NCBI GenBank assembly: GCA_964036045.1
Contig: OZ038378.1
Coordinates: 193,130,001 to 193,194,000 of the forward strand
Reading direction: 5' to 3'
Length of the DNA: 64,000 nt
Source of the DNA: Eutreptiella sp. 'Long Island Sound 2002'
Lineage: Eukaryota; Protista; Euglenida
Both the position numbers and the translations under genes were made by a program. This document shows positions 1 through 12,094 of the stretch, piece after piece (the first letter of the stretch is position 1; each line of letters starts with the position of its first letter). Below the pieces are notes generated by a model, which made no database searches, was not told the origin of the DNA, and saw only the letters and a program-made list of their open reading frames with translations.

Positions 1-1400
1 GGTCTGTAGCCACTGCAGGAGTCTTGTTATTTAAGGGGCCACAGGCAAGGCAATACACGCAAAAGGCGGTGCACACACAAGGCGGTGCACACAAAAGGCG
101 GTCTGTAGCCACTGCAGGGGTCTGTTGTTTAAGGGGCCACAGGCAAGCCGGTACACACACAAGGCGGTGCACACAAAAGGCGGTCGGTATCCACCGCAAG
201 AGTCTTGTTATTTAAGGGGCCACAGGCACGGCGGTACACACGAAAGGCGGTGCACACACAAGGCGGTGCACACAAAAGGCGGTCTGTAGCCACCGTAGGA
301 GTCTTGTTGTTTGAGGGGCCAAAGGCAAGGCAGTACACACACAAGGCGGTGCACACACAAGGCGGTGCACACAAAAGGCGGTCTGTAGCCACTGCAGGGG
401 TCTTTTATTTAAGGGGCCACAGGCAAGGTGGTACACACACAAGGCGGTGCACACAAAAGGCGGTCCGTAGCCACCGTAGGAGTCTTGTTATTTAAGGGGC
501 CGAAGGCACGGCGGTACACACGAAAGGCTGTGCACACACAAGGCGGTGCACACAAAAGGCGGTCTGTAGCCACCGTAGGAGTCTTGTTATTTGAGGGGCC
601 ACAGGCAAGGCAGTACACACAAAAGGCGGTGCACACACAAGGCGGTGCACACAAAAGGCGGTCTGTAGCCACTGCAGGGGTCTGTTGTTTAAGGGGCTAC
701 AGGCAAGGTGGTACACACACAAGGCGGTGCACACAAAAGGCGGTCCGTAGCCACCGCAGGAGTGTTGTTATTTAAGGGGCCACAGGCACGGCGGTACACA
801 CGAAAGGCGGTGCACACACAAGGCGGTGTACACAAAAGGCGGTTTGTAGCCACCGTAGGAGTCTTGTTATTTGAGGGGCCACAGGCAAGGCAGTACACAC
901 AAAAGGCGGTGCACACACAAGGCGGTGCACACAAAAGGCGGTCCGTAGCCACCGCAGGAGTCTTGTTATTTAAGGGGCCACAAGCACGGCGGTACACACG
1001 AAAGGCGGTGCACACACAAGGCGGTGCACACAAAAGGCGGTCTGTAGCCACCGTAGGAGTCTTGTTATTTGAGGGGCCACAGGCAAGGCAGTGCACACAA
1101 AAGGCGGTGCACACACAAGGCGGTGCACACAAAAGGCGGTCTGTAGCCACTGCAGGGGTCTTTTATTTAAGGGGCCACAGGCAAGGTGGTACACACACAA
1201 GGCGGTGCACACAAAAGGCGGTCCGTAGCCACCGCAGGAGTCTTGTTATTTGAGGGGCCACAGGCACGGCGGTACACACGAAAGGCGGTGCACACACAAG
1301 GCGGTGCACACAAAAGGCGGTTTGTAGCCACCGCAGGAGTCTTGTTATTTGAGGGGCCACAGGCAAGGCAGTACACACACAAGGCGGTGCACACAAAAGG
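1..1400. repeat. Satellite array: about 14 monomers of 99 or 82 bp with a 280-bp (99+99+82) higher-order repeat; runs off the left edge of the window
   Basis: The anchor GTAGCC/GTATCC recurs at 6, 105, 187, 286, 385, 467, 566, 665, 747, 846, 945, 1044, 1143, 1225 and 1324. Each monomer carries 2-3 copies of a 17-bp subrepeat (AAGGCGGTGCACACAC-like); the 82-bp variant lacks one copy. Confidence 0.97.
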
Positions 1401-1845
1401 CGTTGCACGGGGGGGGGAGGGCTTTGGTGCGCCAACGAGGCACACGGGAGGGAGGGGTTTGGCGCGCTAGCGAGGCGGACGGGGGGTGTTTGGCGCTAAC
1501 GAAGCGCACGGGGGGGGGGGGTTGGCGCGAGGGGGTTTGGCGCTAACGAGGCGCACGGGGGGGGGGGGGGGCAGTTTGGCGCTAACGAGGTGCACAGGAT
1601 GGGGGGAGTTTTGCGCTAACGAGGTGCACAGGATGGGGGGAGTTTTGCGCTAACGAGGCGCACGGGCGGGGGGGGGGGGGGGGGTTGGCACTAACGAGGC
1701 GCACGGGGGGGGGGGGGGGGGTTGGTGCTAACGAGGCGCACGGGGGGGGGGGGGTTGGCGCTAACGAGGCGCACGGGGGGCGGGGGTTGGCGCTAACGAG
1801 GCGCGGGTTGAGCCTGATTTGCGCCTCGTATAACGAGGCGCGCAG
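1401..1845. repeat. G-run minisatellite, about 12 units of 30-40 bp with core GCGCTAACGAGGCGCAC plus a variable poly-G
   Basis: CTAACGAGG-like core repeated from about 1434 to 1800. Two identical 34-bp units lie at about 1590-1660. The array ends in the hairpin GCGCCTCGT-ATA-ACGAGGCGC (about 1821-1841). Confidence 0.9.
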
Positions 1846-2792
1846 TTTCAGCCAAACACTCTTAATGTCGCTATGCAAGACTTGTTGGTTAGTGTGCATT
1901 TGTTAGCATGCATGTGGATGTTGTGTGCTTGTCCTAGCCACCCAATGACAAAGACTCATGGCGAAGATTCAACAGCTACCCGCTACACGGACCATATTGT
2001 TGCAAAAAGAGGTCAATCGTATCAATTTTTCCACCTTTTTTTTGGCTTTTTTGTCTTCTTTTGGTTGGATTGACACAATTGGTGAAGCCAAGGAGGGCAC
2101 ATTGAATTTGTTCTCATCTTGGGTTTGTGATTACATTGATGTTGTTCTCGTGGTTTTTCACAAACATATTCGTCTGGAGAATTTGTTGTTTTGAAATTGG
2201 TGAACGGAAATATCTTCCATGGTCGGCCCATTTGGATCCGTTTCCGATTGTTGCTCTGTTGGCGCTTTGTTTTCAAGTACCCCATGGAATTGGATCATTG
2301 TCATTTGCACTGGATCACGTCCTTGCACTGCGCGCGAATAGGCCCCAAGCACACCCCTTCCAAACGCAGTTATATCACGCCTGCCTCAGGAACATGTCCC
2401 ACTGTAGACCCTGGGAGACATCCTTCAGTGGGGGCGGTAAGTGGTCCATCTCCCACGAATGGGGTGGGACGATGGGAGTCAAAAATTGGTCAAAAACACT
2501 TACGGTCAAAGTGGGCATCAAGGTGTAGGATGGCACAAGGCAAGCACAAAGAAGCACTACAACAAAAAAAATTGGACCCGGGGGTGCTGGGTATGGCCGT
2601 CTAGCATAGCCTCGCTGCTGACTGTCTCGGAATGACGGCATGGTAAATTTTGGCTAGCACACAGGATCCCTGGCGTTGACCAAGCCTACGAAGTTAGGTT
2701 CGATTACAGTACTTGGACGTGATACAACATTTGGAGAAGATGCTGAATTGTGCCACGGCCTTGATCATGATGATAATGGCCGACATCAACCG

Positions 2793-2880
2793 TGCCTACT
2801 CGGGGTCCCCATGGTGGGGAGAAAACAATATGGATACATCACCTCTGCCTTCTCGAGGTCCCATGGTGGGGAGAAATCAA
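2793..2880. repeat. Pair of about 53-bp direct repeats in an AT-richer decayed region
   Basis: TGCCT(A/T)CTCG(G/A)GGTCCC(C)ATGGTGGGGAGAAA(A/T)CAA at 2793 and 2846. Confidence 0.7.
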
Positions 2881-4732
2881 CCTAGAAAAGAGTGGCTATG
2901 GTGGAAATGAGCAAAAAAGTGTAGAAAAAGGTAGCAATGGGTGAAACTAGGTGAAAATCCCAAAATGCCATATCCCCGATGTGTAAAAAGCATCAAAACC
3001 TGCTCTCAAACAACAATGATGCCCCTGGGTCTCTGATCTGGCCACACCCCAAATAGTTGCACTGCGCTAAGTGCGCCCCTAAAATTGTAAGCAGGTTGAT
3101 ACAATGGGAGGTTTTTAGTCCCAACTGAATGGTATCCCCAATTTGCTACAATGGTACGTCGCAGGATCAACCATGCATGAAAAGTGTGTTCTCATTACTC
3201 CAAATCTGCTTTCAGCCACACTAGCTGCCGTGCAACTCCTGTAGACATTTCTATGCTTTTTGCCATGTTGTAATAGGGGAATACGGGTCCAATAGGTCAT
3301 GTTGCAAGCCGATTGAGTGAAAATGAGACCCACAGCTACTGTGAAACACAGGGCGTCGAACTTCGGGTTTTTCGCGCAATGCAATGCCCTGAGGATGATG
3401 CTTGGTCGGTGACACATGCAAAGAATGCACATCCGATGTGTTTTGGGGCTTTCCGCAAGAATCTTGCCTTTTTAATCCAAAGGACCAATTACCACACAAA
3501 AGCATGAGAAAGTTTATGAAACACACAATCAGGGGGCGCCATGTCTACCATGGGATGCCGATCCACAACAAGCATGTAGCCCCCAAGACCAAGTTAGATT
3601 GTCCAAGGAAAAGATGAAAGGGGTGTTGTTGTTGTTGTAGAAATGCGAATGGCTAAGCGAGGTGGGAATTGCTTTGCAAATTATCATATCACAATCCTTG
3701 TTCTGTTCTTCTGTGTGGCTTTTGGTTTGCGATTGTTATTTGTGTCGTTGGTTTGTTTTGCGAATCCCACAATGATGGTGGCATGGAATCTGCGTCCCTG
3801 ATCTCTCCCAAAATCCTAGCACGAAAGCACAGAAATGATGCACAGGGAACACACAGCACAATTCGCAGGCCATCACCAGAATTTGTAGAAAATGTAACAA
3901 CCCTCCCAACATGAGGTGATGTCAGTAGATATGGACCAACACATCAACTCAAAACATTGCCAAATCTTCAAGCTTAATATCAACAAGGCATTTAAATGTG
4001 ACTGCATCTATACACAGTCTTTTTGTCCCCCCTGGGTGGTGGTGATGGACACTTGGCAATTACTTCACTTTCCGTTTTGCTGCCACACCTCAGTGCATGG
4101 AAAATTTCCTGCCATGCACCAAGCTCCACCAGAACTTTGCGGCAGGCAGAAATAACAAGGCGATGTTTTCCACTTGGCGTCCACGAGGGCCACACGTAGC
4201 CGAACAAACAGCAGGTATAGCTTGGCTAATGCGCCAACTTTTGCCCTCAATCCTTAAAAGCTGTAAGCCTTGGGCATGTGCAAAGTGTTTCAGACCCACA
4301 TGTTTTGCGCATATACTCTAAATTCGCCATTATTCAGATGCTCGGAAGTCGACCGAAAGTACCAAAACACACCTTTTCCGCAAGCTGCGCTGGGCAGCCG
4401 CAGAGCATATTTGTCGTTGGTCCAAAGACAGCTCGCGCGGACCGCAAACTCGAAAAAACTGAGGCCTAAATTTAAGGAGCAGGCGGTTAGGTGAAGGTAT
4501 GCCCACAGCGTGTGGGAAAATTTCACCAGTTTGCTACCAAATGGACCACGCGAATTCTTTTGGGCCATGCTGTTGGCCCTGGAGTCATCGATGATGGCCC
4601 TTGTACCAACACTAGCCAAAATTTGGGTGTCCGGTCTGCATCAACTCGTGGCCAAGTTACGCTCTTGTCGTTCTAAAGTTTACGTGTCTTCATTTTGGCC
4701 AGTTTGGGAACCTGGGGATGCGATGGTTAGCT

Positions 4733-5689
4733 TTATGCCTCGGTGGCGTCGTTTGGCTGGCTGGCAAACTTGACATCCACATATTGGTCACCGATCGTTA
4801 GCCCGGCTAGCATAGCCTTAGCGGCAACGGCATTTTCCACGGTGGCAAAATATGCGAACGCGTACCCCTTGAATTGCCCTGTATCTTTGCGCTGCACCAT
4901 CTTGACGCTCTGGAATCCAGCGTACTTCTCCAACATGTAGTGGAGCTCGTCGTGCGTGGTGGAGAAGGGAAGGTTGAAGAGACCGATGCCATTAGAGGGA
5001 CCTGCTTCGACTGCCAACGTCTTCCGCTTCTTCCCGAGTGTGACTTGGACCCACGTGCCTGCAATCTCAACCTGTCCCCGATCCACTGCTGCCTGGGCAG
5101 CCTGTGCCGTCGTGAAATTGACGTAACCATACGTTGGACTTCCACGCTTGACCACAGCGGAGGCGACCTCCCCAAAAGACGAGAATGTTGAAGCCAGTGT
5201 TTCCTTGGTCGTGCCGGCAGGCACAGGCTGGACCTTGACAGTGGAGCTTCCAGCACGCTTTGCATCCTTCGTACCTTTCCGCGGGAAAGGGGGGAACGCC
5301 ATTGGTGTTCCTGCAATGCCGGGGTACCCCGGATAACCAAAGCCTTGCGCGTACAAGTTCATCTGTGCAGCTGGGTTCGGGTACATACCCACTGGGCCAA
5401 CCCCTCGCCCGGCACCTTTGCCCTTTGATTTCCCACCTCCAGCGTTCGCCGCCGCCGACATCCCCTTGCCAAAGCCGCGACCCGTCACGTTGCCACCAGG
5501 CGCACCCTTGGCTGCCGAGCCGCGTCCCCCATCAGCGCCCTTCTGTCCAGTAGCCTTCTGTGGGAGAGAAGGTTGGCCCACGTACTGGTCCACTAGGTGC
5601 CTCCGCCTTGTTTTGTACTCTTCTTCAGTGATGACTCCATTGGATTTCAGTTCTAATAACTTTCGCAAAGATTGCTGCAAGCTTTGCAT
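4733..5689 (-). CDS. Intronless RNA-binding protein (318 aa): N-terminal SHOCT-like motif, Gly/Lys-rich linker, two RRM domains
   Basis: Uninterrupted ORF. First plausible ATG at 5689 (MQSLQQSLRKLLELKSNGVITEEEYKTRRRHL, SHOCT pattern). RNP1-like motifs PTYGYVNF and KGYAFAYF; RNP2-like GIGLFNLP. A pyrimidine tract and AG (…GTCCTCTGTGATAG) precede the ATG. Confidence 0.9.
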   Translation of the reverse strand: MQSLQQSLRKLLELKSNGVITEEEYKTRRRHLVDQYVGQPSLPQKATGQKGADGGRGSAAKGAPGGNVTGRGFGKGMSAAANAGGGKSKGKGAGRGVGPVGMYPNPAAQMNLYAQGFGYPGYPGIAGTPMAFPPFPRKGTKDAKRAGSSTVKVQPVPAGTTKETLASTFSSFGEVASAVVKRGSPTYGYVNFTTAQAAQAAVDRGQVEIAGTWVQVTLGKKRKTLAVEAGPSNGIGLFNLPFSTTHDELHYMLEKYAGFQSVKMVQRKDTGQFKGYAFAYFATVENAVAAKAMLAGLTIGDQYVDVKFASQPNDATEA

Positions 5690-7792
5690 GGAGGCTTCCC
5701 AAAAAAGGCCTATCACAGAGGACGCAGGAAGGACCAAGTATGCCGTCGAGCTGCACGCGTGCAGATTTTTGGGGGGGCTTACGGAGGTGGGCAAGCAAAC
5801 TGGTGGACAGAGTGAGAAGTGTGGCTGAACTCCCCATTCCCGCGCACCTAAGCAGCACACGAAATCCAAATACACACACAACCACCCTTCCGATGAAGGA
5901 ACGGCAGGACATACCTCTCCTCACCTCCCAGAACCGCAGGGGAGGAATGTTCACACATGGAAAGGCGATAGGTTCTGCGCCAATTGATGGCATGACAGAG
6001 GCGGCAGCACCAAACGCATCCCTAACCCAAAAAAGCATCACCTTGCATACTCCTTGAATAAAGTGCCCTCCAACAGCATTACCGCGCACAACCCACAGTG
6101 CACAGGTGAGCTGTGTTGGGTATTTTAACCTCCCCCAAAATTTGTTTGAATTTAATTTCTTTTTGACGTTGCCGAGAGAAAAAAAACGAAGTGCTGTTGT
6201 TTTTGGTAAAAGTCGAAGCCTGTTTATGACACGCCCGTTTTCAGCGTCCCACTTGTGCAGCCCGTGTAATACAGGTCAAGCTTCTCTACGAGCTCTCTGA
6301 ACTTCAGATACGAGCGCACTGCTGTAGACTAAAAGCGATGCGGCACTGCGCACGACCAGGTAATCGATTCCGGTCATCGCTTGGCATTTTATCACCATCC
6401 TTTCAGACGACGAGGTTCACCTCACCAGGTGCTTTCCGATATTATCTTAGTTGTGCTGCCACTGTTGTGACCAGGATGGTGCCTTTTCTGAGGACCCTAT
6501 ATGATTGCGGTGCCTGTGAAAAATGACAAATACATCCGGTGTTTGCCGCAACCGTTGGCACGACAACTCTTTGCACGACGCTGCCCAACGGTTGTATAGT
6601 GTGCGCAAGCCGAAGAAAAAAAGAGAACCTTCGCTCCACCGTATTGTCGCAGCTTCTTTCGCAACCACGTTGCTGTTCGGCATGTGTGTTGCGAGATTCG
6701 CTTGGACCTTTTGCAATCTTCATTGGCAGAACACGTGGCAAGATTAGTATGCCGCCTCATGTAAGTTTCGACAGCCTCATCGAGTGTTGTCTGCGTGAAG
6801 CGCACACATGCTCACGAGTTTGATGTGCCCATGGTCGCCACACTGCCGCAACTGCATACTTGGCTGATCCGTTATTCTCCACTCGTTCCTCATGGCTCAC
6901 TAAGCCATGGGACATTTGCCTGGAGCAGTTTCAGTGCAGAGGCGGCAAAAAAGCTCCACCGAATGGTGGCTTCTGACACTTTCGAGTGACGATTCACCTT
7001 CAGCAAACCAATACTTTGTTTCGCCGAAATGATGCACGTTGAAAAGCGGACGGTCGTTGCCAACTCACAAAAAAACGAAAAATAGTGCAACGTGCAAACT
7101 TGCATCCAAATAAACGTTGACATCCTTTTGTCGATGCAAGAGATTCGGGAATGTAGTGAAGGGACTGGAGCGTGTCCGAGCACCTTGAGTGAAACCAATT
7201 TCTTTGCTTCCGTGTCCCTGGTTGTGGGTTGTGTTCGCAAGAGTGAGTAGGATGTGAAAGCTAGATATTCACGAAGATAAACTGCAGTGTGGTATTCGTT
7301 GGCTGCGCAATTTCATCTGAAATTGGTGATAATGCATGGCACCAAATGTATCACTATGAAGTTAACTTTAACTCTTACTCCGTTGCAGGAAAGAATTCAC
7401 CGGCCAATGTCGCGGCAAAAACATTCCGCCATTGCAGACATACGATACGATATACAAAATTTTCACAGAAGCAACGTCCTTTTATTATTGTAGATATTAA
7501 TTACAAATCAGCAGTATTCTCAGATACGTGGTACTCCACATTTCGCGGTACATCCAGCAAGTTGTAAGTTCCATTCTGCAGGAAGCAGCGGCGCATCACG
7601 TTCCTGAAGTTGCAGCAGGGCTGCAACACCAATGACCATGAATATCTGTTGAGACTCCTTTCAAATCTGTGGGGGTCGGTGTTAAATCATCTACTTGGGG
7701 GGGGGGACACGTCTGCCGCTGCTTCAGCTTGCACCTCTGCTGCGTATAGATCTTTCCTCCCCACTGGTTGACGACCCCACGAAGACAAAGAC

Positions 7793-9787
7793 ATGTCACA
7801 AATAGCCGTATCTATCATATCCGGGGATGACCTCAAGATTCCTGAAGGGACAGAATACATCGCTCCTTACGTGGAAATCGAATATGGCGAGGCAAAAAGG
7901 ACAACAAATACTGTTGAAGATGTAAATCCAGTATGGAACGAGCGATTCACTTTCGACGTGTCTGAGGATGAGGATGAAATGACATTCAATGTGTTCAACA
8001 CTGGTGGGCAGTTCGTTGGCAAAGCGCTCTTGTCTTTTTCGAAGTTTGGCTACAATGCGGACCTGTGCTTTGAGTTAGCTGACCTGGACAACGACGTCGC
8101 TGGAAAGTTGATCGTGAAAGTTGAGCCCGAAGACGCTGCTGGCGTACCTGAGGAAGTTGACGACAGCGCTGCCGTCGTTGCGCCACCTGCTGCCCCTGCA
8201 GCCAATGTGGACAGGAATGCCCCCAAGCTGCGGTTTGCCCTTCTGGAAGCTGAAGTTTATGGTGCAACGACTTTCGACTGCATTTTGAAAGTTGGAGAAC
8301 AGTACAAGCACTGTGCTGTTGGGGGGGACGAGGAGTATTTGTTTGCGGTTGACGCTGAGTCTGACGTGACTATCTCCATCCAGATGTCAACTGAGGAAAT
8401 CGGTCAGGCAAACTTGAAGGGCTCCGTCCTGTTGCCCCGTGTGGGCACAGACTTCTGGATTGCTCTGTCCAACAGTGAAGGGGTAACCGTGGGCAAAGTA
8501 CTGCTGAGTATTTCGAACTACACCCCGGTTGGGGTGCTGGGCACAACACTGGATAGCAGTGGTAATGAGACGATTGACCTCACCGTTGAGGTGGTTGGTA
8601 TCGAAGGACTGCCATCCCCTTGTGACCCATGCGTCTACCTGTCTGTCGGTGAAAACGATCGTGTGACGACTGTGAAAGAGGCGACCACCGACCCTGTCTA
8701 TGAGGAGAAGTTCGAGTTCTTTGTGGCAGAGGTGGACACGATGTCCGCAAAGGTGTTCGACAAGGAGGAGTTCATCGCTGAAGCCATCGTTCCGATCAGC
8801 GAGCTACTGTACGTTGCAAGTATTCAAAAACAGCTTGAAGTCAAGCTGCTGGACCGTAAGCGTAAGGATGCAGGACTTTTGGTGTTAGGGGCCGAGGTTA
8901 AAAATAATTTGCCAACCTCCGCTCTACCCAAGGGGACACTTCTGGGGTTACCTGCGGCGTATGAAAGCAGTCTGCCCGTATCATCTCTTGCAGGCGGATC
9001 GTTCATCCAACCATTTGAACGCGCCTTACCTCGCGCACCTATCACATACGGGAGCAGATTTTCAACATATGACCGCGCGTTGCCGCCAAGGCAGATCTTG
9101 CCACCCACAGTTTCCAGCATTGGGGGATTTGACTCTGTTTCAACTTTGCCCCCTTCTGTTCTTCCCCCACGGACTGGGGGCGCGTATCCTGTAACACGTT
9201 CACCAACCCTCTTGGGTGGTTACCCAGCGCAGGCATCTTCATACGTGAGACCGCCCAGCCGGGTGCTCGGGGGCTCGGTGCTTGGAGGCTCGGTTATTCC
9301 CCCGCAACCCAGCGTGATGCCAACAAGCCGGGTGCTCGGGGGCTCGGTGCTTGGAGGCTCGGTTATTCCCCCGCAACCCAGCGTGATGCCAACAAGCCGG
9401 GTGCTCGGGGGCTCGGTGCTTGGAGGCTCGGTTATTCCCCCGCAACCCAGCGTGATGCCAACAATGCAGAGGTACGGAGGCAGGATTGCGTCGTCCGGGA
9501 CGTTTTTCACCGGCGAGTCCGTCATTCGTGCTCCGTCGCCCTCTGTCCTATCGCCCCCCAGCTTCCGACCAACAGTGTACGGACCTCAGAGCTTCGGCAC
9601 TTTCTCGAGCCCTTTGAGCCCCATGTATGACAACTATGATTACGGCTCTTACGAAGACTACCCCGGAACACCCGTCTCCCCAGGGTTTTCCCCAGGTATG
9701 CCCGGGGCTCCCCTGCGAGGCCCCGGTTCCCCTGCGAGGCGCACATCGAAGCCAGCCCGTCCCGGAAACCGCACCGCAAAGGCGTAA
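7793..9787 (+). CDS. Intronless C2-domain protein (664 aa): three C2-like domains, then a Pro/Ser/Gly-rich disordered tail
   Basis: 1995-bp ORF with C2 signatures APYVEIEY…NPVWNERFTF, a degenerate middle C2 (LRFALLEA…FDCILKVG) and DPCVYLSVG…DPVYEEKFEF. No transmembrane segment is evident. Confidence 0.9.
   Translation: MSQIAVSIISGDDLKIPEGTEYIAPYVEIEYGEAKRTTNTVEDVNPVWNERFTFDVSEDEDEMTFNVFNTGGQFVGKALLSFSKFGYNADLCFELADLDNDVAGKLIVKVEPEDAAGVPEEVDDSAAVVAPPAAPAANVDRNAPKLRFALLEAEVYGATTFDCILKVGEQYKHCAVGGDEEYLFAVDAESDVTISIQMSTEEIGQANLKGSVLLPRVGTDFWIALSNSEGVTVGKVLLSISNYTPVGVLGTTLDSSGNETIDLTVEVVGIEGLPSPCDPCVYLSVGENDRVTTVKEATTDPVYEEKFEFFVAEVDTMSAKVFDKEEFIAEAIVPISELLYVASIQKQLEVKLLDRKRKDAGLLVLGAEVKNNLPTSALPKGTLLGLPAAYESSLPVSSLAGGSFIQPFERALPRAPITYGSRFSTYDRALPPRQILPPTVSSIGGFDSVSTLPPSVLPPRTGGAYPVTRSPTLLGGYPAQASSYVRPPSRVLGGSVLGGSVIPPQPSVMPTSRVLGGSVLGGSVIPPQPSVMPTSRVLGGSVLGGSVIPPQPSVMPTMQRYGGRIASSGTFFTGESVIRAPSPSVLSPPSFRPTVYGPQSFGTFSSPLSPMYDNYDYGSYEDYPGTPVSPGFSPGMPGAPLRGPGSPARRTSKPARPGNRTAKA
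9257..9463 (+). repeat. Three identical 69-bp coding tandem repeats (SRVLGGSVLGGSVIPPQPSVMPT x3)
   Basis: AGCCGGGTGCTCGGG starts at 9257, 9326 and 9395; the copies are identical at nucleotide level. Confidence 0.95.
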
Positions 9788-10402
9788 AAGGGAGTGCCCG
9801 TGCGGTTGAAAGCCTGGATTCGGGTTGCCGTATCAGCCCCCAATGCATTTTTCGTAGAGCGCGTCTCTTGTGCACGGGCACCGCAGAACGGCGCCCGAAC
9901 GCCCGCGGTACAACCCCGCGGCCTCCCAACCCACGGTGACGAATCGATTGCAGGGCAGCATGACAGCTCTGCTCGTTTTCATACCCACCCCGTCACGCTG
10001 GGGCAGGGGTTGGGCCTGTGGGTACGCAGCACCCGCCCCCGTTGTGTTCAAATCGTTAACAAGTTAGGGATATTGGGGTCTGGGACTGGACTGCACATGG
10101 CCTTAAGCTGAAGATGTGGGGGGTTGGCGGCGGGGGGGTTCAGCAACATGCACATTTCCAGCTCTCGGTTCCTCCAGGAAGGTTTATTCACGTCACCCCA
10201 ACATCTCGTCCTGCACATGCTCTTCCATTTTGCCCGGGTGTGCTCTTCATGGTACGGTCCCGAAGGGTGGACCAAGTGCAGTCGGCGGTGGCTTACGACT
10301 CGGCTGTCTATTCACCAGCTTCCCAATCACGAGAGCTGGGGCTACGGAAGTAACGGGAGGAGCTAGCCTGTAGACTGACACGTACTCATGCATGTGCCCA
10401 TT

Positions 10403-10426
10403 CACACACACACACACACACACACA
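10403..10426. repeat. (CA)12 microsatellite
   Basis: Read directly from the sequence. Confidence 0.95.
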
Positions 10427-11170
10427 TCAAAGGTCACTGCAGCAGTTGGTTGCACCGAACAGCTTGTAGCTGCCAAGTCCTGATTTTGTCTACAGTCCCT
10501 TGAAAATGTTGTTGTGAAGAATGCGTGCATTGCTGACCTGTTTGTTTTGCGTTTCCGTTCAATCCTGCCAGCTTCTGCTGCCCAAACTGTTGAACATGCA
10601 GAGGCGACAAAAGGGTTTTGGAAAAAGTCGAGGTTTGGAAAATTTTTCAAAGTACAAAGTGAGAACAGTGTAGGCTTCCAAGGCAAAGTTGCTGCTGGGG
10701 GCAGGGTGTTGATTTTATGTCATAACATCATAACATTAATACCTCCTTTCCCCAGGCCGGCGTCAATCATGCCTCAGCTTTTTAAATCGATGGTGCAGCA
10801 TATGAAACATGTTCCCAATCACATGGCACCCACCTAAATTGGAATGCGAATGCATCCCAATGCCAAAGATGAGAGAAAAGAGGGCGGGGGGGGGGGGGGC
10901 AAAACAGGGCCTGTGAGCGTGACATGTACGTGACTGAAAAATGGGAGCAAAAAAGGAATTCATTACACGGTGTTTCTGAGCCTACCAACTCTCAATGAGC
11001 TCATATATTTTGTTACAATTTTTAGAAATATGAAATATTCAGGCTGGGGGGGGGGGGGGGGGCACAACAAATATCATGTATGTTTCGCAATTTGTCATCC
11101 AACGCACAATTTTGGATTGTGAAACATGGGCTTGCATGCCCTTTTTGTGCACATTGTACGCGTCATGCAC

Positions 11171-11307
11171 ATTGGGTAAATGAACAGTGCAGCCTTACAC
11201 TTTGACATTAGAATGCAATGAGATTGTTATGTCTGCAATGAGATTGGGTAAATGAACAATGCAGCCTTTACGCTTTGACATTAGAATGCAATGAGATTGT
11301 TATGTCT
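11171..11307. repeat. About 72-bp period tandem duplication
   Basis: ATTGGGTAAATGAACA(G/A)TGCAGCCTT…TTTGACATTAGAATGCAATGAGATTGTTATGTCT at 11171 and 11243. Confidence 0.85.
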
Positions 11308-12094
11308 AAGTGTACAAGTGTTTCATTCCACATGCGTTGAAAATTTGTGTGTGCCAATGTAGATCAAGGTGGCATATTCGCATTTGGCAAATGGCATAGT
11401 TTTTAAGTTGGACAAACACAAAGGCCGGTTGCAAAATTTGGTTGAGCGGTTGCAAGCATTCCGTATAACAGGATCAAGTTACCCAACAATGGCTAGGTTT
11501 TCCCCAATCACATTGAAATTGGCTAGTCCACATCTGCAAACAATACTAATGGTTAGTGAAGCACATAATTCACACTAGCCAAATCATGCTAAACTCAGCC
11601 CAAGCTAAATCAACCAAGCGGAGCCCAATGAAATGAGTTGTGGCCTGTGAAATGGAATGAGTTCTGGCCTGCCGAGCCCTGATGAGCTTTGCTACAAATA
11701 TTTCAAACAAGCCCTGCATTGCCAAACCCAGCCTAGGCATGCCTAGCCATGTGTTGGTGGGGTATTGTGATAAAGACACGTCTTCACACTGGAGTTTGAA
11801 AAAATTTATCATGAACAATGGTCAAATACTTCGAGGTGCAAAAATTGTACGACAATTACATGATACTTTAACTTCTTCTTTGAAGAAAGCTTTGGGTTAG
11901 GGGGGGAGGCAGAAGCGCGATTTTCTTTTGTTTTTTGTTATTTGAGCCTTTTTCTACATTAACTTGGTTCCACTTTGATAGCCATGACTGATACTATTAC
12001 AACTCCTAATATGGTTATACCGCTTTCTAAAGACTTCAAAACTTGGATTGGGCAACATGATAGAATGAAGGAGTTGAATTCGTTTGTGGGAATT

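Noticed and set aside
1-1845. CRISPR-like array, or the long ORFs on both strands (e.g. 708-1253, 689-1150)
   Set aside because: There are no unique spacers, since whole units repeat, and no cas genes. The ORFs are stop-free translations of the repeat.
5690-5881. 64-aa N-terminal extension of the RRM ORF given in the ORF track
   Set aside because: It starts at a non-ATG codon, has non-coding composition, and contains the pyrimidine tract plus AG. The ATG at 5689 directly precedes the SHOCT-like motif.
11679-11686. Hammerhead ribozyme core CTGATGAG
   Set aside because: No stem II followed by GAAA and no flanking stems.
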